Made by a program: the position numbers and the translations under genes. Below are positions 34,555-43,800 of a DNA stretch of 64,000 bases, in pieces. Source of the DNA: an uncultured Syntrophomonadaceae bacterium. Lineage in GTDB: Bacteria; Bacillota; Dethiobacteria; DTU022. Below the pieces are notes generated by a model that did no database searches, was not told where the DNA came from, and was given only the letters and a program-made list of their open reading frames with translations. The stretch is taken from positions 8,894-72,893 of the forward strand of contig CAYXQO010000005.1 of the NCBI GenBank assembly GCA_964467475.1. The letters run 5' to 3'. Position 1 is the stretch's first letter; each line of letters begins with the position of its first letter.

Positions 34555-37380
34555 ATGGCAAAAAAAGCAAGCGCTAAAGGGAAAAAGAAAAAACAAATTA
34601 AAGATAGCACTGGCAATCTGCCCAAAGGATTTAGCAACCTGGCCGAAAAATGGCTTCCCCTGGTAATGTTCATTGCAGTGGCGTTGCTTTTGCTGATCGG
34701 TCCTTTTCAGCGCGGCTTGTTTTTCCCCAGCGAACTTTTAATTGCAAAAGCTTGCGTCTTTGCCCTGTTAATGCTCTGGGGCTACTTCAGGCTGCTTAAA
34801 AAAGACAGCCGCCTTTTTTTTGGCACACCCCTTGACCTATGCCTGGGGATTTTGCTCCTGGCTTACCTGCTTTCCCTCTTCTTTGCTGTTCACCAGCGTG
34901 AAGCCCTCGAAGAAGTTTTAAAAGTTACCTCCTACCTGGTAATTTACCTGGTTGTGTTTGATTTATGCCGGTACATGGTTTTACCCGGTTTTTTAAAACC
35001 CGGCTCCGGCAACGGCAAGATGGGCAGCAAAAAAACTGAAAACAGTGCAGCCGGTAATTCTTCCTCCACTGCAGAGAGCGGTGGAATTAAACCCGCTTCT
35101 TCCGGTTCACCAGCCGGTGAGGATAGGATCAAAACTGTTCCGGCTGCCGGTAAAAATCCCTTAATTTCCCCTGAGGCGGATGCCCCGGGCGTAAGCCTGC
35201 TCCTGCACCTTTTGCTGCTGGCAGCAGTGGTCGTGACCGTAGCCAGCCTGGGTGTTCCCGCAGGGCACTGGGACTTCCCCGGCGCTTATGCAGATGAGCG
35301 CATCGCCTCACCGATGGGTTATGCCAATACTGCTGCTGCCTACCTGATGACTGCATTTTTGCTGGCCCTGGGCCTGGCCCCCCTGGCTGCCAAATGGTGG
35401 CAGCGCACCCTTTACCTGGCCCCGGCAGCAATCATGCTTTTTACGGTGGTCCTCACCTTTTCCCGCGGCGCCTGGGTGCTTTTGCCCCCTCTTTGCCTGC
35501 TTTTAGTCCTGCTGGCGGCGCCCGGTGAAAGGTTAAGGTCCCTGCTTTACCTGGCGGCAGCCTCTTTAGCTGCAGTGCCGGCTGCCCTGCTCGCCGACCC
35601 GGTTTATCGTTCTGATGCCCCGGCCATGGCCTGGCTTTTGGTTATCGCCGCAGCACTCGCAGCCGTGCTTTTAGGAATGGCGGTTGAACTATACTTAAAC
35701 CTCGGGAGAAAAGTGCGCCTTGCTATCGGCGGGGGCACCGTCCTCGCTGCCGCAGCCGCCCTGTTTATTATTTTTATCCTGCCGGCCCTGGGGCCTGTCC
35801 ACCTCGAGCGCGGCCCTGACCAGGCAGCTGAAACCAAAACAGTTGAGCAAATTATTAGTGATCCTCACCCGGAAACAGATTACCGGTTGACCCTGGAGGT
35901 TAAGGCCGAGGAAAGCCCCGCCGCTGCTAGCGAGGCAGATTATGCCTGGGGAGTAAAAGTTATAGGCGGTCTGCCCGACTATAAAGATGAAGAACTCTTT
36001 GATCACCGGGCGGACGCCACCGAAGGCTGGGAGACGAAAGAGTATTCATTTAAAACCGGGCCGGAAACCGAAAGACTGGAAGTGTTGATCTATAACCACT
36101 ATCCCGGCACGTCCGTAAGCGCCCGGAATGTTACCCTCAGTGCCGCCGGTGAAGAACACAACCTGACCTTTGCCCTGCACCGGATGCTGCCGGACCGGTT
36201 CTACGACCGCATTTTTTCTGTTTCTCTGGATCGCAATGTTGATGCCAGGTTTGAGTTTATGGGCGATGCCGTGAAAGTTATCGGCGACTACCCGGTTACC
36301 GGTATCGGAGGCGGCGGCTGGAATGCCGTATACCGCGCTTACCAGGAAACCCCTTACAACACTACCGAGGTGCACAACCACTTTTTACAGGTCTGGATAG
36401 AGGCCGGGATTTTTGGCTTTCTGGCTTTCCTGGGAATCTGGGTCAGTTGCCTGGCTGCTTTTATCCGCAATTGTTTTATTGATCAAGCAACGCCCCGCAG
36501 GTGGCAGTTCTGGACGGCATCTTTTGTGCCGGTAGCTGCTCTCGGTGCGCACAGTGTAATCGACTGGAACTTTTCAATGGCTGCCGTGGGGATCTTTCTC
36601 TTTGTCCTGCTCGGGGCTAACCGCAGCCTGGACCGTATCAACTGGTTTGCTCGCCTGAAAATCAAGACTAAAGACAGCAAACAAACGAAAGGACGCGGCC
36701 TGCTGATCGGAGGCGCCGCCCTGGTACTCGGTTTGTTCCTGTTAGTCTACAGCCTCCTCTTACTTGACGGACTCCATGCTACCTGGCGCTCCCAGGAAGC
36801 GGCGCAGCGGGGCAACTTAGAAGCAGCCCAGCAAGAGGCACGCAGGGCAATCAGCCGGGACCCCTACCGTGCCGACAACTACTACAACCTGAGCCTGCTT
36901 AAAGAAGAACAGGCCCGCCAGGCAGGAGTCCAGGAAAACATGGAAAAGGTGATCGAGCTGGCCAGGCAAGCTTACGAACGCGAACCCTACAACCCCCGGT
37001 ATGTTATGCATTACGGTAGCCTCCTGCTGCACAACGTAGGGGTGGAAGAAGGACTTGCTCATATCGACCGGTTGATGGAGCTGCGGCCTTTTTCAGAAAG
37101 CAGCTATATCCAGGCCGCTTCTTCACGCCTGCAGTTGGCCAGCTTTTATTTAAACGAAGGAGCTGATGCACAAGCCCGCCGCCACCTCAGAGACGTCCAG
37201 GAAATCGAAGAAAAAATGACTGAAAAACTCGGGCACAGCGAACCCCTGGCTTTTGCCATGGGCAGGACCCATGAGATGCTCGGCAACCGGGCCAGGGCAG
37301 TGGAATACTTAGAAAGTATCGAGGAAGATGAAGACATGTATGAAGAAGCGCAGGAGCTGCTCCAGGAACTGCAGGATTAA
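34555..37380 (+). CDS. O-antigen ligase/Wzy-like polytopic membrane protein with large extracytoplasmic domain and C-terminal TPR repeats
   Basis: 941 aa with about 12 TM helices, a Wzy_C-like segment (FTFSRGAWV) and a TPR-like C-terminus. A paralog lies at 61308-63509. Confidence 0.72.
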   Translation: MAKKASAKGKKKKQIKDSTGNLPKGFSNLAEKWLPLVMFIAVALLLLIGPFQRGLFFPSELLIAKACVFALLMLWGYFRLLKKDSRLFFGTPLDLCLGILLLAYLLSLFFAVHQREALEEVLKVTSYLVIYLVVFDLCRYMVLPGFLKPGSGNGKMGSKKTENSAAGNSSSTAESGGIKPASSGSPAGEDRIKTVPAAGKNPLISPEADAPGVSLLLHLLLLAAVVVTVASLGVPAGHWDFPGAYADERIASPMGYANTAAAYLMTAFLLALGLAPLAAKWWQRTLYLAPAAIMLFTVVLTFSRGAWVLLPPLCLLLVLLAAPGERLRSLLYLAAASLAAVPAALLADPVYRSDAPAMAWLLVIAAALAAVLLGMAVELYLNLGRKVRLAIGGGTVLAAAAALFIIFILPALGPVHLERGPDQAAETKTVEQIISDPHPETDYRLTLEVKAEESPAAASEADYAWGVKVIGGLPDYKDEELFDHRADATEGWETKEYSFKTGPETERLEVLIYNHYPGTSVSARNVTLSAAGEEHNLTFALHRMLPDRFYDRIFSVSLDRNVDARFEFMGDAVKVIGDYPVTGIGGGGWNAVYRAYQETPYNTTEVHNHFLQVWIEAGIFGFLAFLGIWVSCLAAFIRNCFIDQATPRRWQFWTASFVPVAALGAHSVIDWNFSMAAVGIFLFVLLGANRSLDRINWFARLKIKTKDSKQTKGRGLLIGGAALVLGLFLLVYSLLLLDGLHATWRSQEAAQRGNLEAAQQEARRAISRDPYRADNYYNLSLLKEEQARQAGVQENMEKVIELARQAYEREPYNPRYVMHYGSLLLHNVGVEEGLAHIDRLMELRPFSESSYIQAASSRLQLASFYLNEGADAQARRHLRDVQEIEEKMTEKLGHSEPLAFAMGRTHEMLGNRARAVEYLESIEEDEDMYEEAQELLQELQD

Positions 37381-37410
37381 TTAGATTCGGTGAAAGGTGG
37401 TCCCTAACCT

Positions 37411-38367
37411 TTGAAAAAAGTAAAGCCCCTTCTTTTTCGCCTGGTGCCCGTGGTGCCCGGTTTCCCCGGGTGTTGCCAGGCACAGGCGCCGGACGCTTTA
37501 AGCGGAGCAGCTACCGGCACTGCCGCCAGCTGCGGCAAGCACATGCTTTTAGCTTTAACCACCGGTTTGTTAGCCCTGGTTTTGCTGCTAAATGTAAGCG
37601 GTTGCGCAACCGGCCCACTTTCAAGCGAAGATCCCGCCGGAGCGCCGGAACAGTTGCCCGAAAACCAGGGGCCAGACAATGGAAAGGATGCTGAGAAAAT
37701 GGAAGAAGAAAAAACCGGTTTGCAAAATAACCTGCCCCCGTTGGACCGGGATGTGCCAGAGAACCTAAAGACGGCTACCCTGGCCATGGGCTGATTCTGG
37801 GGTCCTGATGCCCGGTTCGGGCAAATTGAGGGAATCTACAGGACCCGTGCCGGTTACGCCGGCGGGAGCACAGAAAAACCGACTTACGAAAATCTGGGCG
37901 ACCATATTGAAACCTTCCAGGTGGATTACGATCCCAACCAGATCAGCTATAGTGAAATCCTGGAGATCTTCTGGAAGGAACATAACCCCACCCGGCAGGC
38001 CTGGTCGAGGCAGTATATGGCTGCCGTCTTCTACGAAAACGAAGAGCAGGAAAGAATTGCCCGGCAGAGCAAGGAAAAAGTAGCGAGGGAGCTGCAAAAA
38101 GAGATCCAAACAGAGATCATCTCCCTGGACAACTTTTATCTCGCCGAAGGCTACCACCAGAAATATTACCTCCGGAGCCAGGCAGCATTGCTTGCTGAAA
38201 TTAAGGCATATTATCCCGAGGTCGAAGGTTTTACCAATTCCACGGTTGCAGCCCGGCTAAACGGCATTGTTGGCGGGCACGCAGATGCCGCCCTGGTGGA
38301 AAAAGAAATCGACAGCTACGGACTTTCTTTGGAAACCCGCGAACTCGTGGAATTTATCGTTTATTAA
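37411..38367 (+). CDS. msrA: Peptide-methionine (S)-S-oxide reductase MsrA, predicted selenoprotein (in-frame TGA 37792-37794 at the catalytic Cys position), with lipoprotein signal peptide
   Basis: One frame across the TGA reads ...TATLAMG-U-FWGPDARFGQIEGIYRTRAGYAGG...YDPNQISYSEILEIFWKEHNPT, against the canonical AMGCFWG. There are no other stops between 37795 and 38367. The upstream part has lipobox LLLNVSGC and a low-complexity linker. Confidence 0.7.
37800..37846 (+). promoter_or_regulatory. Candidate bacterial SECIS hairpin 6 nt downstream of the in-frame UGA
   Basis: Outer stem GGGTCCTG(37800-37807)/CAGGACCC(37839-37846) enclosing the inner hairpin GCCCG-GTT-CGGGC (37810-37822). Confidence 0.45.
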
Positions 38368-38375
38368 AAACAGTC

Positions 38376-38405
38376 TTGCTAAAAAGATGCAGCTGTAGTT
38401 ATAAT
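38376..38405 (+). promoter_or_regulatory. Promoter of tRNA-Val (TTGCTA -18- TATAAT)
   Basis: -35 at 38376-38381 and -10 at 38400-38405. Confidence 0.45.
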
Positions 38406-38434
38406 GATTATAGCAAGATAAAATGGAAGTTTGT

Positions 38435-38509
38435 GGGGACATAGCTCAGGGGGAGAGCGCTTGATTCACATTCAAGAGGCCGCTGGTTCGAAACCAGCTG
38501 TCCCCACCA
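38435..38509 (+). tRNA. tRNA-Val (anticodon CAC)
   Basis: Acceptor GGGGACA/TGTCCCC, anticodon stem CTTGA/TCAAG with loop TTCACAT, T-arm GCTGG-TTCGAAA-CCAGC and encoded CCA. A GGGGGTTC...GAACCCCC-TTTT hairpin follows. Confidence 0.8.
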
Positions 38510-38828
38510 CAGTATCTAAATATGGGGGTTCAGAGATTACACCCCTTTAGAGTTAAGCACCCGGAACCCCCTTTTGCAACCTATCTTTGAATACTACTTA
38601 TGTTTTCCTTCTCCGTAGATTGCCTTTGCCTGTGTAGTTCATTTCTTCAACTAAATCTTTTGCTATACCTTTGTCCTACCTGTTGACCGAAAAAGCCCCA
38701 TCGGTATGATATAATTACTACGGTGAATGACATTTTGATTGCTAGGGACAGGCTTTAAAAATGTGCCAAATTAAGTCGCTTAAATATGCCAGCAATAAAC
38801 AGCTGAACGGGGATGGGGAGGTAAAGAT

Positions 38829-39032
38829 TTGAACGCTCTTTTTCTAATAGTCCTGGTAATTATCCTGGTCCTTAACCTGATTTTCATTGCCTGGGCAATT
38901 ATGGACATCATGCAGCGCAAGAACGTCAAGTACCTGCCAAAAGCGGGCTGGATTGCGGTAATGGCTTTCATTTTGTTTGGAGCGGTAATTTATCTTTTAG
39001 CCGGACGCGGAGAAGATAACAGGGCTGCATAA
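38829..39032 (+). CDS. Small membrane protein, PLD-nuclease N-terminal (PLDc_N) domain family
   Basis: 67 aa, two TM helices, AWAIMDIMQRKNV...KAGWIAVMAF motif typical of PLDc_N small proteins. GGGGAGG RBS. Confidence 0.55.
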   Translation: MNALFLIVLVIILVLNLIFIAWAIMDIMQRKNVKYLPKAGWIAVMAFILFGAVIYLLAGRGEDNRAA

Positions 39033-39060
39033 GAAACGCAGGGACGGTTCCCTGTTTCAC
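39033..39060. repeat. REP-like palindrome family 3 copy (GAAACGCAGGGACGGTTCCCTGTTTCAC)
   Basis: Imperfect palindrome. Copies at 40601-40630, 40734-40762 and 40821-40850. Confidence 0.65.
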
Positions 39061-39123
39061 CCACCGACGCTGAACCAGGCTGCAACCCCCGGTAATAGCA
39101 AGCTTACTTGAGGAGGGGCTTTT

Positions 39124-40632
39124 TTGTCCAAGAAAATTTTGATTATCGGGGCCGGCATGGCCGGACTCTCAGCGGGAGTGCATGCTTTAAGGAACGGTTA
39201 CGAGGCTGAAATCTTTGAAATGCATCATTTGCCTGGCGGCCTCTGCACGGCCTGGCAAAGAAACGGTTACACCTTTGACGGTTGTATCCACTGGCTCGTC
39301 GGCACTAAGCCGGGCAGTCAGTTTAACCGGCTCTGGCGCGAAGTAGGTGCCCTTAAAGATATCGAAGTTGTCGATCACGACATTTTCATGAGCATTGAAG
39401 CAGGCGAGGGCAAAACGCTCCACATCTACAGTGACTTAGAACGCCTCAGGGAACACCTCCTGGAGCATTCACCTGAAGATAAACCGGTGATCGATAAGAT
39501 GATTAACGGTGCTAAAGCGCTTTCAGGAGTGAGTTTCCCCCTGGAGAAACCAGAGGAAATCTCGAAAATCTGGGATATGCCGGCAATGCTTGTTAAAATG
39601 TTGCCGCTGTTCGGTGTCTTCGGTAAATTTTCCCGGATTTCCATTGCCGGTTACCTCAAACAGTTAAAAAATCCCTTTCTCAAGGAAGCTTTAGCCCAGG
39701 TTATGCCCATAGGCTATTCGATGCTTTCCTTGCTAAGCACCCTTGCCTCCCAGCATGACCGTGACGCCGGTTTCCCGCAGGGCGGTTCGCTGGCCTTCGC
39801 CCGCTCAATCGAAAAGCGCTTTCTCGAGCTTGGCGGTAAAATAAACTATCGCTCCCGGGTTACGCGCATCTTAATCGAAAATAACAGGGCTACCGGGGTC
39901 CTCCTTGAAGACGGAAGCGATATAAAAGGCGACCTGGTTATTTCAGCAGCCGATCTAAGAACTACCGCTTATGAACTACTGCGCAAAAAATACCTTACCC
40001 CGAAAATAAAAAAAAGCTTTTCCCATTTTCCCGTATATTCTTCGGTGCAAATTTCCCTCGGTATCGCTGCCGACCTCTCCGGTGAAGCAGAAAAGCTGGC
40101 GGTTAAGCTAAACGACCCTCCTGATTTGGGCCTGGGCAAGCATGAATACCTCTACCTGACCAACTATTCTTTCGATCCCACCCTGGCCCCACCGGGCAAA
40201 ACCATGGTTTCAGCCACCTTGCTCTCATCTTATGATTACTGGGAACCCCTGGCTGCAGATAAAGACAACTACCGGGCAGAGAAAGAAAAACTGGCTGAAT
40301 TGGCCAAAAATGCAGTAGAAAAACGCTTCCCCTCCGCCGCAGGAAAAATTGAAAAAGTAGATGTAGCCACCCCGCTTACCTACCATCGCTATACGGGGGT
40401 ATGGAAAGGTGCTTACATGGCCTGGATAGTGCCCCCGGACGAAGGACGCTTCAAGCTTCCCAAACAACTACCCGGCCTGGAAGGTTTCTACCAGGTAGGG
40501 CAGTGGATTGAACCTCCGGCAGGACTACCCGGGTCGATGCTCACCGGGCGCCACGTGATCCAGATTATATGCGATCGCGACAAGAAACCTTTTCGCGTCG
40601 GTGAAATGCAGGGACGGTTCCCTGTTTCATAA
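39124..40632 (+). CDS. FAD-dependent oxidoreductase, phytoene-desaturase (CrtI)-like family
   Basis: 502 aa. N-terminal Rossmann ILIIGAGMAGLSAG and GLCTAWQRNGYTFDGCIHW. The last 9 codons are encoded by a REP palindrome. Confidence 0.82.
   Translation: MSKKILIIGAGMAGLSAGVHALRNGYEAEIFEMHHLPGGLCTAWQRNGYTFDGCIHWLVGTKPGSQFNRLWREVGALKDIEVVDHDIFMSIEAGEGKTLHIYSDLERLREHLLEHSPEDKPVIDKMINGAKALSGVSFPLEKPEEISKIWDMPAMLVKMLPLFGVFGKFSRISIAGYLKQLKNPFLKEALAQVMPIGYSMLSLLSTLASQHDRDAGFPQGGSLAFARSIEKRFLELGGKINYRSRVTRILIENNRATGVLLEDGSDIKGDLVISAADLRTTAYELLRKKYLTPKIKKSFSHFPVYSSVQISLGIAADLSGEAEKLAVKLNDPPDLGLGKHEYLYLTNYSFDPTLAPPGKTMVSATLLSSYDYWEPLAADKDNYRAEKEKLAELAKNAVEKRFPSAAGKIEKVDVATPLTYHRYTGVWKGAYMAWIVPPDEGRFKLPKQLPGLEGFYQVGQWIEPPAGLPGSMLTGRHVIQIICDRDKKPFRVGEMQGRFPVS
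40601..40630. repeat. REP-like palindrome family 3 copy overlapping the stop codon of the oxidoreductase gene
   Basis: GTGAAATGCAGGGACGGTTCCCTGTTTCAT. Confidence 0.65.
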
Positions 40633-40733
40633 GCTGGCTGTTTTAAAATTGTAAGCATGAAGTGTATAAATCAATGCGGCCTCGGGAGATGGTTAAAACT
40701 TGGTTTATCCCGAGGTTACTATTTATTTTTGCA

Positions 40734-40850
40734 GTGAAACGCGGAACCGTCCCCTGTTTCATCCCCTGTTTCATTTACGATCGTGACAAAAAACCTTTTC
40801 GCGTGGAAGAGTAGACTTGGGTGAAACGCGGAACCGTCCCCGCGTTTCAC
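40734..40850. repeat. Two further family-3 palindromes (40734-40762; perfect 30-nt palindrome 40821-40850) bracketing a 30-bp direct duplicate of the oxidoreductase 3' end (40777-40806)
   Basis: GTGAAACGCGGAACCGTCCCCGCGTTTCAC is a perfect palindrome. ACGATCGTGACAAAAAACCTTTTCGCGTGG repeats GCGATCGCGACAAGAAACCTTTTCGCGTCGG (40571-40600). Confidence 0.6.
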
Positions 40851-41839
40851 TTGGTTTCCGCTGTTTGCTCCCGGTGTGGGGTTTCTTCTCCACTTTCCTG
40901 GTAGCGGGAGGTAGTCGGGGCGAAATAGTTGGTGCCCCAGACTCCGGCCAGGATTGCGGTGGTGCCGACCAGGTGGTACCAGAACACGGCTTCTCCCCGG
41001 AAGATTACCCCGCCGCAGATGGCGATTACTGTCACCAGGTTGGCAAAAATAGAGCCCTGGGTGGCGGTTATTTTGCTGAGCACATAATTATACATGAAGA
41101 AAGCTCCCACTGAAGAAAAAACTCCCAGGTAGAGCACGGATGTCCAAACCTCGATCATTTGCAGCGGCTCGACGTAAGCCGCCATGCTGCCCGTTGCCAG
41201 GTGCTGCCCTAAGGCAATGATGTTAAAGACAACCGCCCCCATCACCATCATTACCCAGGTAGTCCGCAGCGGCGGATGGTTCACCGAGGCCATGCGGGAG
41301 GCGATGTTGTAGCCGGCCCCGGCCATTACTGCACCCAGTAGAAAAAGAGTTCCTACCGGATTTGCCCCGACGATGGCCTGGGCATCCATGTAGACGATAA
41401 AAATAACTCCGCAGACAGAGGCGACGATAAAGCAAAGCTGGGCCCTTGTGGGGTATTCCTTCAGGATCAGGGCTGCGAAGATGGCCACGAAAATGGGGAT
41501 CACTGCAATCATCATCCCCGAATAAGAAGCAGAGGTAAGCAGGATGCCGGTTGTTTCAGTGCTAAAGTAAAGGATTGGCTGGATCAGGGCCAGCGGCAGC
41601 AAAGAAAGGTAGTCTGCCAAAGAGACCTTGATCCGGATTACCCCGAGCAGTCTCAGCAGGCCCATGGCAAAAACCGCAGCGGCAAAGCGCAGGCCGAGCA
41701 GGTGAAAAGGCGGCAGGTGGTCCAGCGCTCCCCGGGTGAAGGTAAAGGACATCCCCCAGGTCAGGGCCACCCCGAGCCCGGCCAGGTATGGTAAAAAATT
41801 AGCAGATTTAGTCAATTGCTTTATTTCTCCTTGCGACAT
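40847..41839 (-). CDS. DMT-superfamily (EamA-like) transporter
   Basis: 330 aa, 10 TM helices in two EamA repeats. Confidence 0.85.
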   Translation of the reverse strand: MSQGEIKQLTKSANFLPYLAGLGVALTWGMSFTFTRGALDHLPPFHLLGLRFAAAVFAMGLLRLLGVIRIKVSLADYLSLLPLALIQPILYFSTETTGILLTSASYSGMMIAVIPIFVAIFAALILKEYPTRAQLCFIVASVCGVIFIVYMDAQAIVGANPVGTLFLLGAVMAGAGYNIASRMASVNHPPLRTTWVMMVMGAVVFNIIALGQHLATGSMAAYVEPLQMIEVWTSVLYLGVFSSVGAFFMYNYVLSKITATQGSIFANLVTVIAICGGVIFRGEAVFWYHLVGTTAILAGVWGTNYFAPTTSRYQESGEETPHREQTAETK

Positions 41840-42115
41840 CTCTTCTTGTCAGACTTGCCATAACGACTATCCCCTAATATACAACAAAGATCCAACCGGT
41901 GAAAGGGGCACCGGCTATTTTCCCTTAAAATTTAAAGATTCCCCTTGATTATTGCCATAAAAAAAGGATAATATAATTAAAACGGCAGTCAAGCTGCAGA
42001 AGGCTTGTTTTGCAGCAAAATTCAGCCAGCCGCCCTTGCCTGTGGTGAGCAAGCTGCCTGCTTAGAAACAGCAGCGGGCTTTAATCAATACTAGCATTAT
42101 TAAGGGGGTCTTGAA

Positions 42116-42916
42116 GTGGTTTTAAAGAAATATTGGGCACCGGTGATTGTGCTTACAACTTTGCTCCTGTTTGCCTGTGCAGGTTGTAGCGAGACAGTGA
42201 TGACAGAAGAATTTTACCAGTCTTACCGGCCCAGGCCGGATTCCGTGCTGGAAGTACACAATCCCAACGGCCCGGTTAAAGTGGAAGGTCACGATGGCGA
42301 AAATATTGAAATAAAAGCCTTAAAGGAGACCACCGCCGGCCAGGCAGCCCTGGACCGGGTGGATATCTACATTGAAATTGATGATATCCTGACCATCGAA
42401 ACTGAACACCCCCCGGGGGATATGGAAGTAAATGTGGCTTACGAGATCAAGCTCCCCGCTAAGATGACACTTGGTGAGATTGAATGCTACAATGGAAGTA
42501 TCCATGTAAAAGATTTAGCCGGTAACCCTGAGCTTTCCACCAGTAACGGAAACATCGAAGTTGAGAATTTAGCGGGCTCTGTATCAGCGCGCAGCAGCAA
42601 CGGTGACCTTACGATCAGTAAAACCCACGGAACAGGTAACCTGCGCACATCCAACGGGGATATCGAGGCAGAAATTCCCGCTTTAGAGAATGACTTAGAG
42701 ATTACTACCAGCAACGGCTCCATAAAAATTTTCTTCGACCCCGCACTAGCAGCCTCCCTGGATGCCAGGACTTCGAACGGCACAGTTTCTGCCGAAAACC
42801 TGGACTTAGAAGTAAGCGAACAAGAACAAACCGCCCTTGCGGGTGAGTTAAATGACGGCGGCTACAAGATCAATATCAGCACTTCAAACGGTTCCATCGA
42901 GCTGGACCTGCTTTAA
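42116..42916 (+). CDS. Lipoprotein, DUF4097-like putative adhesin beta-repeat protein
   Basis: Lipobox LLFACAGC. Repeated SNG(D/N)I beta-strand units (TSNGNIEVEN, SSNGDLTISK, TSNGSIKIFF). Confidence 0.68.
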   Translation: MVLKKYWAPVIVLTTLLLFACAGCSETVMTEEFYQSYRPRPDSVLEVHNPNGPVKVEGHDGENIEIKALKETTAGQAALDRVDIYIEIDDILTIETEHPPGDMEVNVAYEIKLPAKMTLGEIECYNGSIHVKDLAGNPELSTSNGNIEVENLAGSVSARSSNGDLTISKTHGTGNLRTSNGDIEAEIPALENDLEITTSNGSIKIFFDPALAASLDARTSNGTVSAENLDLEVSEQEQTALAGELNDGGYKINISTSNGSIELDLL

Positions 42917-43095
42917 ATAAGCTTGCCCCGGCTAAACCGCCGCCGGTTGCAGGTTATCTGCGGGGACGTGTCGAAAATACCTTATAAGTAATGATGCGGT
43001 AAGTGCCTGCGAGTTATTCCTTTAAATTTACGTAAGTTTACGGGTTTAAACCGCGCAACTACGGGCTTAAACCGCACAACGGAGTTGAGAGAGCT

Positions 43096-43782
43096 TTGAG
43101 AACTGAACTTCTTACAAAAAAGCTTAAAACCCTCTGCCTGGTTTCACTGGCCCTCATTTGCCTGATCTTGCTGACGGGGACAGGCTGCCGGCCTGATCCC
43201 GATACGGCCGTAGACCCTGTCCCAAATAATCACGTAGATGAAGAGGAACCCGAAGAAGACGATCCTTTAATTGATGATCCTGAGCCTGAAGACCCCCTAG
43301 ATGAGGACGAAGAAAAAGACCCCTTGCTGACCGACAACTACTTTTGGCCCCTGCTCAGCCACGGCCAGCTGACTCTTTCCAGCGGGGAACTCATCGATGG
43401 GCCCAGCCTCTTAGAATCCGATTCCGGCTTCGTCGCCGAATTCACCAAAGATCACGAGTACAGCGGCCGGGTATTCTGGCTAGTCGATCAGACAGATGTC
43501 TTTGCAATCGAGTGGCTCACCCTCACCTTTGATGTAGAATACTATTCCGGCAGCGATGAGGTTTTAGATCTCCAGTTCAACTTAGATCTAGATAACCTAA
43601 AACCCGATCCCGGAGACGAAGGCTTGCAGGAATTCGACGTAGACCTGGTGGAAGAAAAGGAAGGATTTAAGGTAGCCATAGATAAAGTGGTCCTGGCCAA
43701 AGAACAGGAAAGCAGGGTTACCTCCGACCCGGTTGATTACGTGGCATTAGATGTTGAAATAAATGTAGTTGATAAACCTTAA
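43096..43782 (+). CDS. Acidic lipoprotein of unknown function
   Basis: Lipobox LLTGTGC followed by a D/E/P-rich stretch. No recognisable catalytic motif. Confidence 0.55.
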   Translation: MRTELLTKKLKTLCLVSLALICLILLTGTGCRPDPDTAVDPVPNNHVDEEEPEEDDPLIDDPEPEDPLDEDEEKDPLLTDNYFWPLLSHGQLTLSSGELIDGPSLLESDSGFVAEFTKDHEYSGRVFWLVDQTDVFAIEWLTLTFDVEYYSGSDEVLDLQFNLDLDNLKPDPGDEGLQEFDVDLVEEKEGFKVAIDKVVLAKEQESRVTSDPVDYVALDVEINVVDKP

Positions 43783-43800
43783 GCAAGGAGTGTTGCACAA

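Noticed and set aside
37921-38367. Separate 148-aa ORF (MDYDPNQ...)
   Set aside because: It is in-frame and stop-free back to the TGA at 37792. It is the C-terminal half of the Sec-MsrA, not an independent gene.
38580-38828. AT-rich gene-free stretch after tRNA-Val, considered as an integrase or att remnant
   Set aside because: No recognisable ORF fragments or direct repeats of the tRNA 3' end. It contains a good sigma-A promoter (TTGACC...TGATATAAT) and a leader for the downstream small PLDc_N gene.
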